DNA of 64,000 bases from Vicinamibacteria bacterium. GTDB lineage: Bacteria; Acidobacteriota; Vicinamibacteria; Marinacidobacterales; Marinacidobacteraceae. Under the pieces are notes generated by a model. The model was given only the letters and a program-made list of their open reading frames with translations, was not told the DNA's origin and made no database searches. The position numbers and the translations under genes were made by a program. The stretch covers positions 576,001-640,000 of the forward strand of contig OZ241322.1 in the NCBI GenBank assembly GCA_965199715.1, given 5' to 3'. Positions 29,901-38,841 of this stretch are shown in pieces (the stretch's first letter is position 1; the number at the start of each line of letters is the position of its first letter).

Positions 29901-30085
29901 TGATGACGACGCTCACCACGATCCTCGGGCTTACCCCGATGGCGCTCGGGATCGGCGAGGGCGCCGAGGTCCGGGGCCCGATGGCGATCACCGTGATCGG
30001 AGGGCTTCTGGTCTCGACCGCGCTCACGCTGGTCGTGATCCCGACCGCCTACTCGGTCTTCGACCGAAAGCGATTCGCCGCATGA
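26954..30085 (+). CDS. RND efflux permease, AcrB/AcrD/AcrF family (subunit 1)
   Basis: LNIMSLGGLALGVGMLLDDSIVVLE, MASQFES, VKNAIVLVD, RLRPILMTT. Confidence 0.95.
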   Translation: MKSLIAACIRRPVSVTMFTVAACVFGLVALGRLPVTLLPEISYPTLTVETRMPGAAPIEVETLVTRPIEEAASVVPGLSRITSRSRAGASEVTLEFVWETEMNFAALDVREKIDGVQLPEDAERPRLLRFDPSSDAIFRLGVSGETPLAQLREWTEEDLKKDLDAVAGVAAIWIEGGLTREIQVDVDDGRLAAYGVTVAEISDAIGAANVNLAGGSVHEDEARYLVRTLNELDTLDRIRAVIVKDAADRRVRLEDVAEVRSGFRDQEVILRENGAEGVEVRIFREGDANAVQVAEGIRARLAEIGDAVPAGVTLTTLFDQSEFIEGAISEVIRNALEGGLLAILVIALFLRDRGATSVVALAIPVSVVATFFVMQQMGLSLNIMSLGGLALGVGMLLDDSIVVLEAIHRRRTGGETAPVAAASGTVEVAGPVIASTLTTVAVFLPIVFVEGVAGQLFRDQALTVSISILASLAFSLALIPVLASRGGEPASGGGVPGLGARTLRSGRAGLGAAGRALMWPFRPALKGFTAAENALARAYPVALRASLRHPVAVFLFAGGLLAGSLAAGRDAIGVELIPALSQGEFHFDLHLPEGSAVDATDAVAEEAAAALRADPSVLRVTTEAGVGGSVGFAGSAGRAEHRGRVGVVMADRGDEDAEAAAIEALRAELASRPGLRYEFGRPSYFSFRQPVEVEVYSEDRELLAPSARRIRDAVATVPGLADVRSTTDAGNPEIRVRFEADRLARLGLSVDQASEALRSRLRGQVATRLDEGDRWVDVVVRGDDSVRTRTAAVSEMIVHAADSRTVPLRALGAAEVSEGPAELRRVAQRPAVVISGSLDGADLAGATAAISDRVAGLGLPAGVETRFGGQREEMERSFRSLALAIGLAIFLVYFVMASQFESLLHPFLILFTIPLGAIGVIWALILSGSTLSVIVLIGVVMLAGIVVKNAIVLVDCVNRLRRAGMERTEAIVSASRIRLRPILMTTLTTILGLTPMALGIGEGAEVRGPMAITVIGGLLVSTALTLVVIPTAYSVFDRKRFAA

Positions 30086-33000
30086 GCCTCCCCCGCCTCG
30101 CGGTCGGCCGCCCGATCACCACCGCCATGATCCTGCTCAGCGTGCTGGTGCTCGGCGCGCTCTCGTTCGGACGCATCCCGCTCGCGTTCCTGCCCGACGT
30201 GGACTTCCCCGGCGTCTTCGTGAGCGTCCCCTACCCGAACTCCAACCCGGCGCAGATCGAGCGCGAGATCGTGAAGCCGCTGGAGGAGGCGCTCGCCACA
30301 ATTCCCGGCACGAGGCGCATCAGCGCGACCGCCACGGCCGACAGCGCCGAGCTCCAGTTGGACTTCACCTGGGGCGAGACGGTGGACCTGGCCCGGGCCA
30401 AGGTCTTCGAGGCGGTCGAGGACGCCCGCGACCAGTTGCCGGCGGACGTGCGCGACATCCGCGTCGCCACCTTCTCGACGACGCAGATCCCGATCGTCGA
30501 GGCCCGCATCTCCGCACCGGGCATCGACCTGCCCGCCAACTACCCGCGGCTGGAGCGGCGGATCGTGGACCCGATCCGCCGGGTTCCCGGCGTCGCCCGG
30601 GTCGAACTCAGCGGCGTGGAGCCGCGCGAGATCCGGATCAACCTGCGGCTCGACCAGGTCGCGGCCCACCGGGTCGATCTGGGCGAGGTCGCGGACCGCG
30701 TCCAGAACATGAACCGCAACGTCGCGTTGGGGTGGATCCGCTCGGCGGACGGAGTCACGCCGGTGCGCGGCTTCGGGGCGCTCTCGGCGGTCGAGGAGAT
30801 TGGCGGCCTGCCGCTGAACGAGCGCGGGCTCGTCGTCGAGGACGTCGCCGACGTGACCTATCGGGAGCCGCCGATTCCCTTCGGGCGGCGGCTGAACGAC
30901 GACGCGGCGGTCGGGCTCACCGTGTACAGGTCCGCGGAAGCCAACACCGTCGAGGTGGCGACGCAGGTCTCGGAAGTGATCGAGAACGACATCGCGAACG
31001 ATCCGGCGCTCGCCGGCGTCACCGTGTTCGTCTGGGACGACATGGCCCGCCAGATCACCTCCGGTCTCGCCGGAATCCGCACCGAGGGGCTGCTCGGAGC
31101 CGGGCTCGCGGTCCTCGTGCTGCTGCTCTTCCTGCGTCGGCTGGACACGACCTCGATCGTCAGCCTGACGATCCCGATGTCGATCATCGCGACGGCGATC
31201 GTGCTCCATTTCGGGGGCCGCTCGCTGAACGTGCTGTCGATGATGGGGATGATGATCGGGATCGGGCTCCTCGTGGACGACGCCATCGTGGTGCTCGAGT
31301 CCATCGTGCGCGAGCACGGCCGCGGCCTCGCGGCGAAGGCGGCGGCGATCACCGGCGCCCACGCGGTGTCGGGCGCGGTGATCGCCTCCACGGTCACCAC
31401 CGCGGTGGTGTTCCTGCCGACCGTAGTGGGGGCCAAGAACCAGATGTCGATCTGGCTCGGCGAGATCGGACTCGCGATCTCGCTCACGATTTTCGCCTCG
31501 CTGTTCATCTCGCTGACGCTCATCCCGCTCGTGGGATCGCGCCTGCTCGCCCGCAAGCCGAGCGAGCCGCCGGCGTGGACCGAGCGCCTCGGAGCGCTCT
31601 ACCAGCGCGCGCTCCGCTTCACCCTGCGGCGCCGCTGGATCACCGCCGGGATCGCGGTCGTCTTCCTCGGAACCGCGATCCTGCCGTTCGTCCTCGGGCT
31701 CTCGACGGCGCTGTTCTCGGGAGTGAACCGGAACCGCATCTTCCTCATGTACGAGTTCGCCGACTTCCACTACAAGGAGGACGCACGGCTCGCCGTGCTC
31801 GCAGTGGAGCGCGAGCTCGCCCGCCTGCGGGACGAACTCGGGATCGAGTCGGTGTACAGCTACTACGCCGAGAACGAGGCGCAGACCGTGATCTCGTTCG
31901 GGGCCGAGCACGTCAGCGACGAAGCCGGACGCGCCATCAAGGACCGGGTGCGGGAGACGCTCCCAGCGCTTCCCGGCACGCGGATCGTCTTCGGGGACGA
32001 CGATCAGGAGGCCGGCGGGGACAGCATGTTCTTCCGAGTGCGTCTCTACGACGACGGATCGGAGCGGCTCCCCGGATTCCTCGGGGAGGCGGAGTCGCGG
32101 CTCGCCCGGGTGGAGGGCGTCGTGGACGTCCGCGCCGGCGACGCCCAGCCGGCCCGGGAGGTCGTCGTGCGCCCGCGGCTGGAGGCCGCGGCGCGGCACG
32201 GCATGACTCCGCGCGACCTCTCCGAGATCTTCAGCTTCAGCCTCGGCGGACGCCCGCTGCGGCGCTTCCAGACCGGGGACCACGAGGCCGAGGTCCTCCT
32301 GACGGTCTCCCAGCGGGACGTCTCCCGGGTCGCCGACCTGCGCGAGTTCACTCTGATCGGGGACGGCGGGATTCCGATTCCGCTCGGCGACCTGGCCGAC
32401 TTCGAGATCCGCGATCGAAGCCGCGCCATCCGCCGGGTGGACCGGAAGGCGGTGGCCACGGTGCGGGCCTCCTACGAGGGCGAGGACTGGGAGAGCGCGC
32501 GCAACGAGATCGAGTCGGAGATGGACGCGATGGCGCTGCCGCCCGGCGCGAGCTGGTCGTTCGGGGACCGGATCAGGCGGCAGGACAATGACTTCCAGAA
32601 CATGACGGTGAACTACCTGCTGGCGCTGCTGCTCATCTACATCGTGATGGCGGCCCAGTTCGAGTCGCTCGTCCATCCGCTCGCGATCCTCATCTCGATT
32701 CCGTACGCGGTCTGGGGCGCGGCGTGGATGCTGCTGCTCACCGACAGCCCGTTCAACCTCATGGCCCAGATCGGCCTGCTCGTGCTCATGGGGGTCGTAG
32801 TCAAGAACGGCGTCGTCCTGATCGACCACGTGAACAAGCTCCGCCGGGATGGCATGGATCGCACCGAGGCGCTTCTGGTCGGAGGACGCGACCGGCTGCG
32901 CCCGATCCTGATGACCGCCGCCGCGACCATGCTGGCGCTGGTACCGATGGGGCTCGGGCGCGCCGGGCTCGACGGGATGTACTACTTCCCGCTCGCCCGG

Positions 33001-33156
33001 ACGGTCATCGGCGGGCTCGCCGCCTCCACGGTCCTCACCCTGCTCATCCTGCCGTTCTTCTACACGCTGCTCGACGACCTCTCGGAGCGGGCGCGCCGGC
33101 TCTGGCGCGAGAGCCGGCCAGCTCCGAAGGAGAATCCCGTAGAGTCGCCGGCATGA
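30082..33156 (+). CDS. RND efflux permease, AcrB/AcrD/AcrF family (subunit 2)
   Basis: ATG at 30082 overlaps the previous stop (ATGA); GLLVDDAIVVLE, AQFES, KNGVVLID, RLRPILMT. Confidence 0.95.
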   Translation: MSLPRLAVGRPITTAMILLSVLVLGALSFGRIPLAFLPDVDFPGVFVSVPYPNSNPAQIEREIVKPLEEALATIPGTRRISATATADSAELQLDFTWGETVDLARAKVFEAVEDARDQLPADVRDIRVATFSTTQIPIVEARISAPGIDLPANYPRLERRIVDPIRRVPGVARVELSGVEPREIRINLRLDQVAAHRVDLGEVADRVQNMNRNVALGWIRSADGVTPVRGFGALSAVEEIGGLPLNERGLVVEDVADVTYREPPIPFGRRLNDDAAVGLTVYRSAEANTVEVATQVSEVIENDIANDPALAGVTVFVWDDMARQITSGLAGIRTEGLLGAGLAVLVLLLFLRRLDTTSIVSLTIPMSIIATAIVLHFGGRSLNVLSMMGMMIGIGLLVDDAIVVLESIVREHGRGLAAKAAAITGAHAVSGAVIASTVTTAVVFLPTVVGAKNQMSIWLGEIGLAISLTIFASLFISLTLIPLVGSRLLARKPSEPPAWTERLGALYQRALRFTLRRRWITAGIAVVFLGTAILPFVLGLSTALFSGVNRNRIFLMYEFADFHYKEDARLAVLAVERELARLRDELGIESVYSYYAENEAQTVISFGAEHVSDEAGRAIKDRVRETLPALPGTRIVFGDDDQEAGGDSMFFRVRLYDDGSERLPGFLGEAESRLARVEGVVDVRAGDAQPAREVVVRPRLEAAARHGMTPRDLSEIFSFSLGGRPLRRFQTGDHEAEVLLTVSQRDVSRVADLREFTLIGDGGIPIPLGDLADFEIRDRSRAIRRVDRKAVATVRASYEGEDWESARNEIESEMDAMALPPGASWSFGDRIRRQDNDFQNMTVNYLLALLLIYIVMAAQFESLVHPLAILISIPYAVWGAAWMLLLTDSPFNLMAQIGLLVLMGVVVKNGVVLIDHVNKLRRDGMDRTEALLVGGRDRLRPILMTAAATMLALVPMGLGRAGLDGMYYFPLARTVIGGLAASTVLTLLILPFFYTLLDDLSERARRLWRESRPAPKENPVESPA

Positions 33157-33818
33157 AGTCGCTGGTCCGCCACTACCGGGGCGAGAACGCCTCGGTGACG
33201 TTCGATTCGTTCCGCTGTACGCACGCCGAGGTGTGCGTCAAGGGACTGCCGGCGGTCTTCGATACGTCGCGCCGCCCGTGGGTGCTTCCCGACGCCGCCG
33301 ACCCGAAGCGGCTCGAGCGGGTGGTGCTCGGATGCCCGACGGGCGCGCTGCGGATGGCGCCGCCGGCGGCGGAGCGGATCCCGCCCGGCGAGGCGGCCGC
33401 CGCGACTGTCCTGCCCGAGGAGCCGCAGCCCCGGAATTCCGCCTCGGTCCAGCCCGACGGACCGCTCCACGTGCGCGGCCGGCTCGAGATCGGGGACGAG
33501 GCGGACACCCGCGCCGCGCTCTGCCGGTGCGGCCATTCGGAGAACAAGCCGCTGTGCGACGAATCGCACGCCCGGACCGCCTTCTCCGACCCCGCCCGCG
33601 TCGCGCCCCGGCCCGAAGGCCCGGCCGGCGAATCGGGAACCGTGCGGTTCCGGCCGGTCCCGAACGGGCCGGTGCTCTTCGAGGGACCGCTCGCGATCGC
33701 AGGGCGCGGCGGGGCGCGGCTCGCGATGACCGAGGGAGCGCTTTGCCGCTGCGGGCGCTCGGCGGAGAAGCCGTTTTGCGACGGCTCGCACCGCGCCGCC
33801 GGCTTCTCCGCTCCCTGA
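33153..33818 (+). CDS. CDGSH iron-sulfur domain protein with N-terminal divergent 4Fe-4S (Fer4_19/YjdI-like) domain
   Basis: CTHAEVC...RPWVLPD...CPTGAL, then two CDGSH motifs CRCGHSENKPLCDESH and CRCGRSAEKPFCDGSH; ATGA overlap. Confidence 0.92.
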   Translation: MKSLVRHYRGENASVTFDSFRCTHAEVCVKGLPAVFDTSRRPWVLPDAADPKRLERVVLGCPTGALRMAPPAAERIPPGEAAAATVLPEEPQPRNSASVQPDGPLHVRGRLEIGDEADTRAALCRCGHSENKPLCDESHARTAFSDPARVAPRPEGPAGESGTVRFRPVPNGPVLFEGPLAIAGRGGARLAMTEGALCRCGRSAEKPFCDGSHRAAGFSAP

Positions 33819-33819
33819 T

Positions 33820-36800
33820 CTAACCGCCCGGCCCCCGGATGCGCACCGGATCCGGCGGACGGGGCGGCAGCGGACGCGGGTCCTCCTCGACCGCGCGCAG
33901 GATCTCGGCGATCGCTCGCTCGAGCTGCGGGTCGCCGCCGTCGATCACCGACGCGGGATCGTTCTCGACCTCGATGTCCGGGTCCACGCCGTGGCCCTCG
34001 ATCACCCACTCGCCCTCCGCCGACGCGAATCCGAACTCGGGGACGTTCACCGAGCCGCCGTCGAGCAGCGCGCCGCGGTTCGTGATCCCGATGACCCCGC
34101 CCCAACTGCGTTTCCCGATGAGCGGCCCGAGGCCGGCCTCCCGGAACATGGCCGGGAAGATGTCGCCGTCGGAGGCGGAGTTCTCGTCGAGCAGGCAGAC
34201 GAGGTGCGGCGGCGGCACCACGTTCGGGTAGGTGCTGGCGGCCTCGCCGGTGCGCGAGTAGCCGGGCGAGAGAACCTCGCGCCGCAGCCGCTCGATGAGC
34301 ATCTGCGAGACGTGGCCGCCGCCGTTGCCGCGCACGTCCACGATGAGGCCTTCCCGGCGCGTCTGGCTGTAGTACCACTTGATGAACTCGCGGATGCCGT
34401 TCGCGCCCATGTCGGGGACGTGGAGGTATCCGATCCGTCCGCCGGCGGCCTCCTCCACGCGCCGGCGGTTCGCCTCGATGCGGTTCAGGTAGAGCAGCGG
34501 ATCCTCGTCGCCGACCGGCTGGAAGACCGCCTTCCGCGCCCCCTCGAACGTCGGCTCGGAGCGCACCGTGAACTCCACCGGCCGCCCCGCCTTGTGGAGC
34601 AGGCTCCGATAGGGGCTTTCGTCGCCCCGCAGCTCCACGCCGTCGATGGCGAGCACGAAGTCGCCCTCCTCGACCCGGACGCCGACCTCGCGCAGCGGCG
34701 AGCGGTAGCGGGGCTCCTCGTTGTGTCCCATGAAGATGCGTTCGATGCGGTAACGGCCGGCGTCCTCGTCCCAACGGAAGCGGGCGCCGGGCAGCCCGGC
34801 GCCGGGCCGGTCCGGAATCTCGAAGTCGCCGCCGGCGACGTAGGCGTGCGAGACGTTCACCCCGATCATCTCGCTGATGAGGTAGTCGAGGTCGGAGCGG
34901 TGCTCCACGTGCGGCAGCAGCGCCCGGTAGCGGGCGCGCATGTCGTCCCAGTCGTAGCCGTGGAGGTTCTCCACGTAGAAGAAATCACGGAAACGCCGCC
35001 ACACCTCGTCGAAGATCTGCGCCCACTCGGCCCGGGGGTCGCGGTCGGCCTCGAGGCCCGCGGTCGAAACGGTCTTCTTCGACGAGGCGGGCGCGGTCCC
35101 GACGTCGAAGACCTCGAGCGACGCGCCGCGGCGGACGGCCGCGCGCATTCCGTCATGGCTCAGCGCAACCCCCGAAATCCCGGACGCGAGCACGCCCTCC
35201 TTCCGCGCCTTGAGGTCGAAGACGCGCAGTTCGGGCGGGTTCTCGGGGCTCCGGCCGTAGTAGACGGCCGAGGCGCGTCCGTAGAGCAGGAACCCTTCGA
35301 CCGCGGCGAGCCCCTGGTAGTTGTGGGCGTCCACCGGGACGCGCATCACCCGGTCCTGGAGCCCGTCGAAGTCGATCCCGATTGGCCCTTCGGCCTCGTC
35401 TTTCTCGTCGGCCTGCGCCTCCTCGCTCGTCTCCTCGTCGCTCTCGGGCGGGAACAGGTGCGGCGTGTCAGCGCGGAGCGCGACCGCGAAGATTCCGGTC
35501 TCCCGGGCCAACGCGTAGTTCCACTCGAAGGACGCGATCTGCGGTTGGAACGTCCGGTCGCTCAGGTAGAAGAGGTAGTCGCCCCCTACGCCCCACGCCG
35601 GCGAGAACTCGTTGAACGCCGGGCCGGTGATCCGCCGCGACTGCGCGCCGCCGGCGGACCAGATTCAAATGGACGAGAAGCCGCCCTCGTCATTCAGCGA
35701 GAAGGCCAGGTGGCCGCCCCGGGGCGACCAGCCGTAGTCGTTCGCCTGCCCGTACCGCTCGTTCGCGACCTCCACGACCGAACGGTCGGCGACGGTAACG
35801 ACGAACAGCCCGCCGTCCTTGTCGCTGAACGCGATGCGGCCGCCGTCCGGCGACCACACCGGGTTGTAGCGCCTCGCCCGCCCGCGTTCGGTGAGCTGGA
35901 CCGGCGGGTCGGAGCCGGCCTGTTCGACCGTCCAGATCTCCTCCTCGCCCGTGGCGTCAGAGATGAAGGCGATGGTCTTGCCGTCGGGAGACCACGCGGG
36001 CCACTTCTCGTGCGCCCCCGCAGTGCCGAGCAGCGTGCGGGTCGCCCCCTTCTCCACCGGCACCGAGAACAGCTCGCCCCGCGCCGCGACCGCGAGCCGC
36101 TTGCCGGTGGGGGACAGGTCGAAGCGCTCGATGTTCGAGGCGGCGGAGACCCTCCCGGGCCGGCTGTGGAGCCCGTCGGTGGGAACCGTGATCGGGATCG
36201 GCCGCTGCGCGCCCCCGGCGGCGGACTCCAGCAGATGGAGCGCGCCGGCCGCTCGAAGACGATCCGGCCCTCGGCGTCGCTCGCCGGCCAGCGGACGTCC
36301 CAGACCTCGAAGTCGGTCCACGCGCGGGTCTCGCCGGTCTCGACGTCCCACGAGTAGAGGTTGTTCGTGCCGCTGCGGTCCGAGGTGAAGAAGATGCGCG
36401 AGCCGATCCACATGGGATCCCGGTCCGACCGTGGGTCGTCGGTCACCTGGGTGAGCTCGTGGCTTTCGAGATCGAAGACGTGGAGATCCTGCGCCCAGCC
36501 GCCCTAGTACCGCTTCCAGGCCCGGAAGTCGCGGAAGAGCGGCGAGTAGGCGAGGCGCGTCCCGTCCGGCGACCACGCCCCCGAGCCCGCCTGCGGCATC
36601 GGCAGCGCGGTGGGAAGGCCCCCTTTCCGCGCCACCTCGAAGAGCCGGCCCTCCGCCGGGCCGACCCCGTCCCGGAGCGAACGGAACCGGACGCGGGCGC
36701 CGTCCGGCGACCAGTCGTACACGATGTTGTCGTAGCCCCAGCGCGTGGGAAACGGCCCCGCAGCCGGGTAGAACGTGAGCTGCTTCGGTACGTCGCCGCC

Positions 36801-37070
36801 CGCCGGCATCACTTAGACCTGCTCGTCGCCGTCGTGCTGGCCGGTGAAGGCGATCTCGGAGCCGTCGGGGGAGAAGCGGGCGAAGAGTTCGAGCCCCGGG
36901 TGCGAGGTCAGCCGGGTCGCGGCGCCGCCGGACGTGGAGGCGGTCCACAGGTCGCCGGCGTAGGTGAACACGATCCGATCCCCGTGCACGTCGGGAAAGC
37001 GGAGCAGCCGGGTTTCGGCGGCGGCGGACTTGGCGAGGAGGGCGGACAGGAGGAAGGAGAGGATGCGCAT
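33820..37070 (-). pseudogene. tricorn (S41) protease pseudogene
   Basis: Continuous tricorn homology ([56 protein letters not shown]) broken by TAA 36813-15, TAG 36504-06, a frameshift near 36252 and TGA 35665-67. Confidence 0.9.
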
Positions 37071-37109
37071 GACTGGAACCGTGGGCGGGAAGAACCGAAA
37101 ATCGGAATC

Positions 37110-38102
37110 GTGCCGCAGATACGTCCCGAGGCGACGGCGGGTTCCCGCCCGCTGCGGATCGGCTTCCGGATCCCCTTCCAGCCGGGGGCCCAATCGGGGG
37201 GCAATCTCTACGATCGGCGCCTCGCGGCGGCGCTGACCGAACTCGGCCACGACGCGCTCCTGCTCGAGACGGACGAGACCCCGGACGTGGAGGTCCTGAT
37301 CGTGGACGAGCTGCTGCGGACGGCTCCCCCGTCGCCGCCGCCCCGGATCGCGATGGTCCACCACCTGAGCTGCGACGAGCCGGAGCGCGAGCCCGACGAG
37401 CGCCGGCGGCTGGAGCGAATCGAGCGGCGCTTCCTCCGGGGCGCCCGCGGAATCCTCGCGCCGAGCCGATGGACCCGGGATCGGGCGCTCGCGCTGCGGG
37501 GCCGTCCCGCGCCCGCCGCCGTGATCCCGCCGGGACGGGACGCGCTCGGCGGCGGGCCGCTCCCGGCGCGGCTTCCGGACGAGGACGCGATCGAGCGACG
37601 GGCGCGCGAGCCGGGGCCGCTGCGCGTCCTGTTCCTCGGGCAGCTCTCGCGCCGGAAGCGGATCGTGGAACTGATCGAGGCCGTCCGCGCCGTTCGCGGC
37701 TGCGAGCTCACGATTCGGGGGGATCCCGATCCCGAGACCGACGTCGCCGGACGCCGGGCGGAGCCGGGGGAACTGCCGGACCTGTTGCGGTCCGCGCAAC
37801 TGCTCGCCGTTCCCTCCAGCCACGAGGGGTTCGGGCTGATCTACCTCGAGGGATTCGCGTTCGGCCTGCCGGCGATCGCCGCCCGGTCCGGCGGAGCGGG
37901 CGACGTGGTGGCCCACGGCGAGAACGGCTGGCTCGTCGGGTCGGACACGGACCTCGCAGCACTGCTGCGGCGGGTCGCCGGCGAACGCCATCTCCTCGCC
38001 CGGATGGGGAAGGCGGCGTTGCGGACGCACCGGGGCTGGCCGGTCTGGGCCGAGTCGGCGCGGCGGGCGGAACGCCTGATCCGCGACGTTCTCAACCGAT
38101 GA
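37110..38102 (+). CDS. glycosyltransferase family 4
   Basis: [38 protein letters not shown] (ExxxxxxxE); GTG start at 37110. Confidence 0.88.
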   Translation: MPQIRPEATAGSRPLRIGFRIPFQPGAQSGGNLYDRRLAAALTELGHDALLLETDETPDVEVLIVDELLRTAPPSPPPRIAMVHHLSCDEPEREPDERRRLERIERRFLRGARGILAPSRWTRDRALALRGRPAPAAVIPPGRDALGGGPLPARLPDEDAIERRAREPGPLRVLFLGQLSRRKRIVELIEAVRAVRGCELTIRGDPDPETDVAGRRAEPGELPDLLRSAQLLAVPSSHEGFGLIYLEGFAFGLPAIAARSGGAGDVVAHGENGWLVGSDTDLAALLRRVAGERHLLARMGKAALRTHRGWPVWAESARRAERLIRDVLNR

Positions 38103-38841
38103 GAAGCCAGCCGAGGAGAAACGCCCCGAGCGCCGCCGGGCCGTCGAACGCCGACAGAACGAGGGCGGCCAGCAGCGCGGCCGCGGCGGCCGGGCGCCGG
38201 AACCGGGCGAGCCGCGCCCCCGCGCCGGGAGCGAGCCGCCCGGAGACCACGAGGTAATCACGAGCGAAGCTCAGGAGAAAGGGAACGCCGAGCGCCAACG
38301 CCGCCGGCAGCGACCACCGGGGCGTGATCCCCGGTACGAGGCATACGGCGAGAAGGCCCATCTGGAACCCGGCGAGGCGCCGGCGGAACGGGTTCGGGTC
38401 GAGTGGGCGCCTGGCTCCCTCGAGCCAGAGGCCGAGCGCGTACAGGTAGCGGGCGAAGCCGAGGAGGAGGCCCCACGCCGGGAGCGCGCCGAGCATCGCG
38501 GCGGCTGTCGCGGCGGCCGCGTGGCCGAGCGCGTCGGTCTCCATGTCGAAGAGCGCCCCGAACTCGGACTGGAGCCCGGAGCGGCGGGCGAGGAACCCGT
38601 CGAGCGCGTCGGCCAGCGTCGCCGCCCCGTAGGCGCCCGCCGGAAGCCACCGGGCCTCGGACGCGCCGGCGGCGCACCAGCCGCCGAGCCCCGCGAAGAC
38701 GAGGAGCCGGGCGAGGGTGACCTGGTTGGCCGGGCCGAAGGGCAGCGGCGCCCCGTCGGCCGCGCGGTGAAGGCGCCGTTCGGGAAGGACGCGCCAAAGC
38801 ACCGCTCCGGCGAGGGCGGCGGCGACGGGAATCCCGATCAG
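38092..38841 (-). CDS. CDP-alcohol phosphatidyltransferase family protein
   Basis: ANQVTLARL and [26 protein letters not shown] signature. No nearby ATG/GTG/TTG; a CTG overlaps the upstream stop (CTGA). Confidence 0.85.
   Translation of the reverse strand: MIGIPVAAALAGAVLWRVLPERRLHRAADGAPLPFGPANQVTLARLLVFAGLGGWCAAGASEARWLPAGAYGAATLADALDGFLARRSGLQSEFGALFDMETDALGHAAAATAAAMLGALPAWGLLLGFARYLYALGLWLEGARRPLDPNPFRRRLAGFQMGLLAVCLVPGITPRWSLPAALALGVPFLLSFARDYLVVSGRLAPGAGARLARFRRPAAAAALLAALVLSAFDGPAALGAFLLGWLLIG

Noticed and set aside
28507-33156. 1549-aa giant RND fusion suggested by the ORF track
   Set aside because: The first ~525 codons overlap the upstream permease in another frame; the real start is ATG 30082.
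33820-37070. Stop-codon recoding (Sec/Pyl or alternative genetic code) in the tricorn gene
   Set aside because: All three stop types plus a frameshift occur, at Tyr/Trp-like rather than Cys positions, and neighbouring genes use TGA/TAG as normal stops. Decay fits better.
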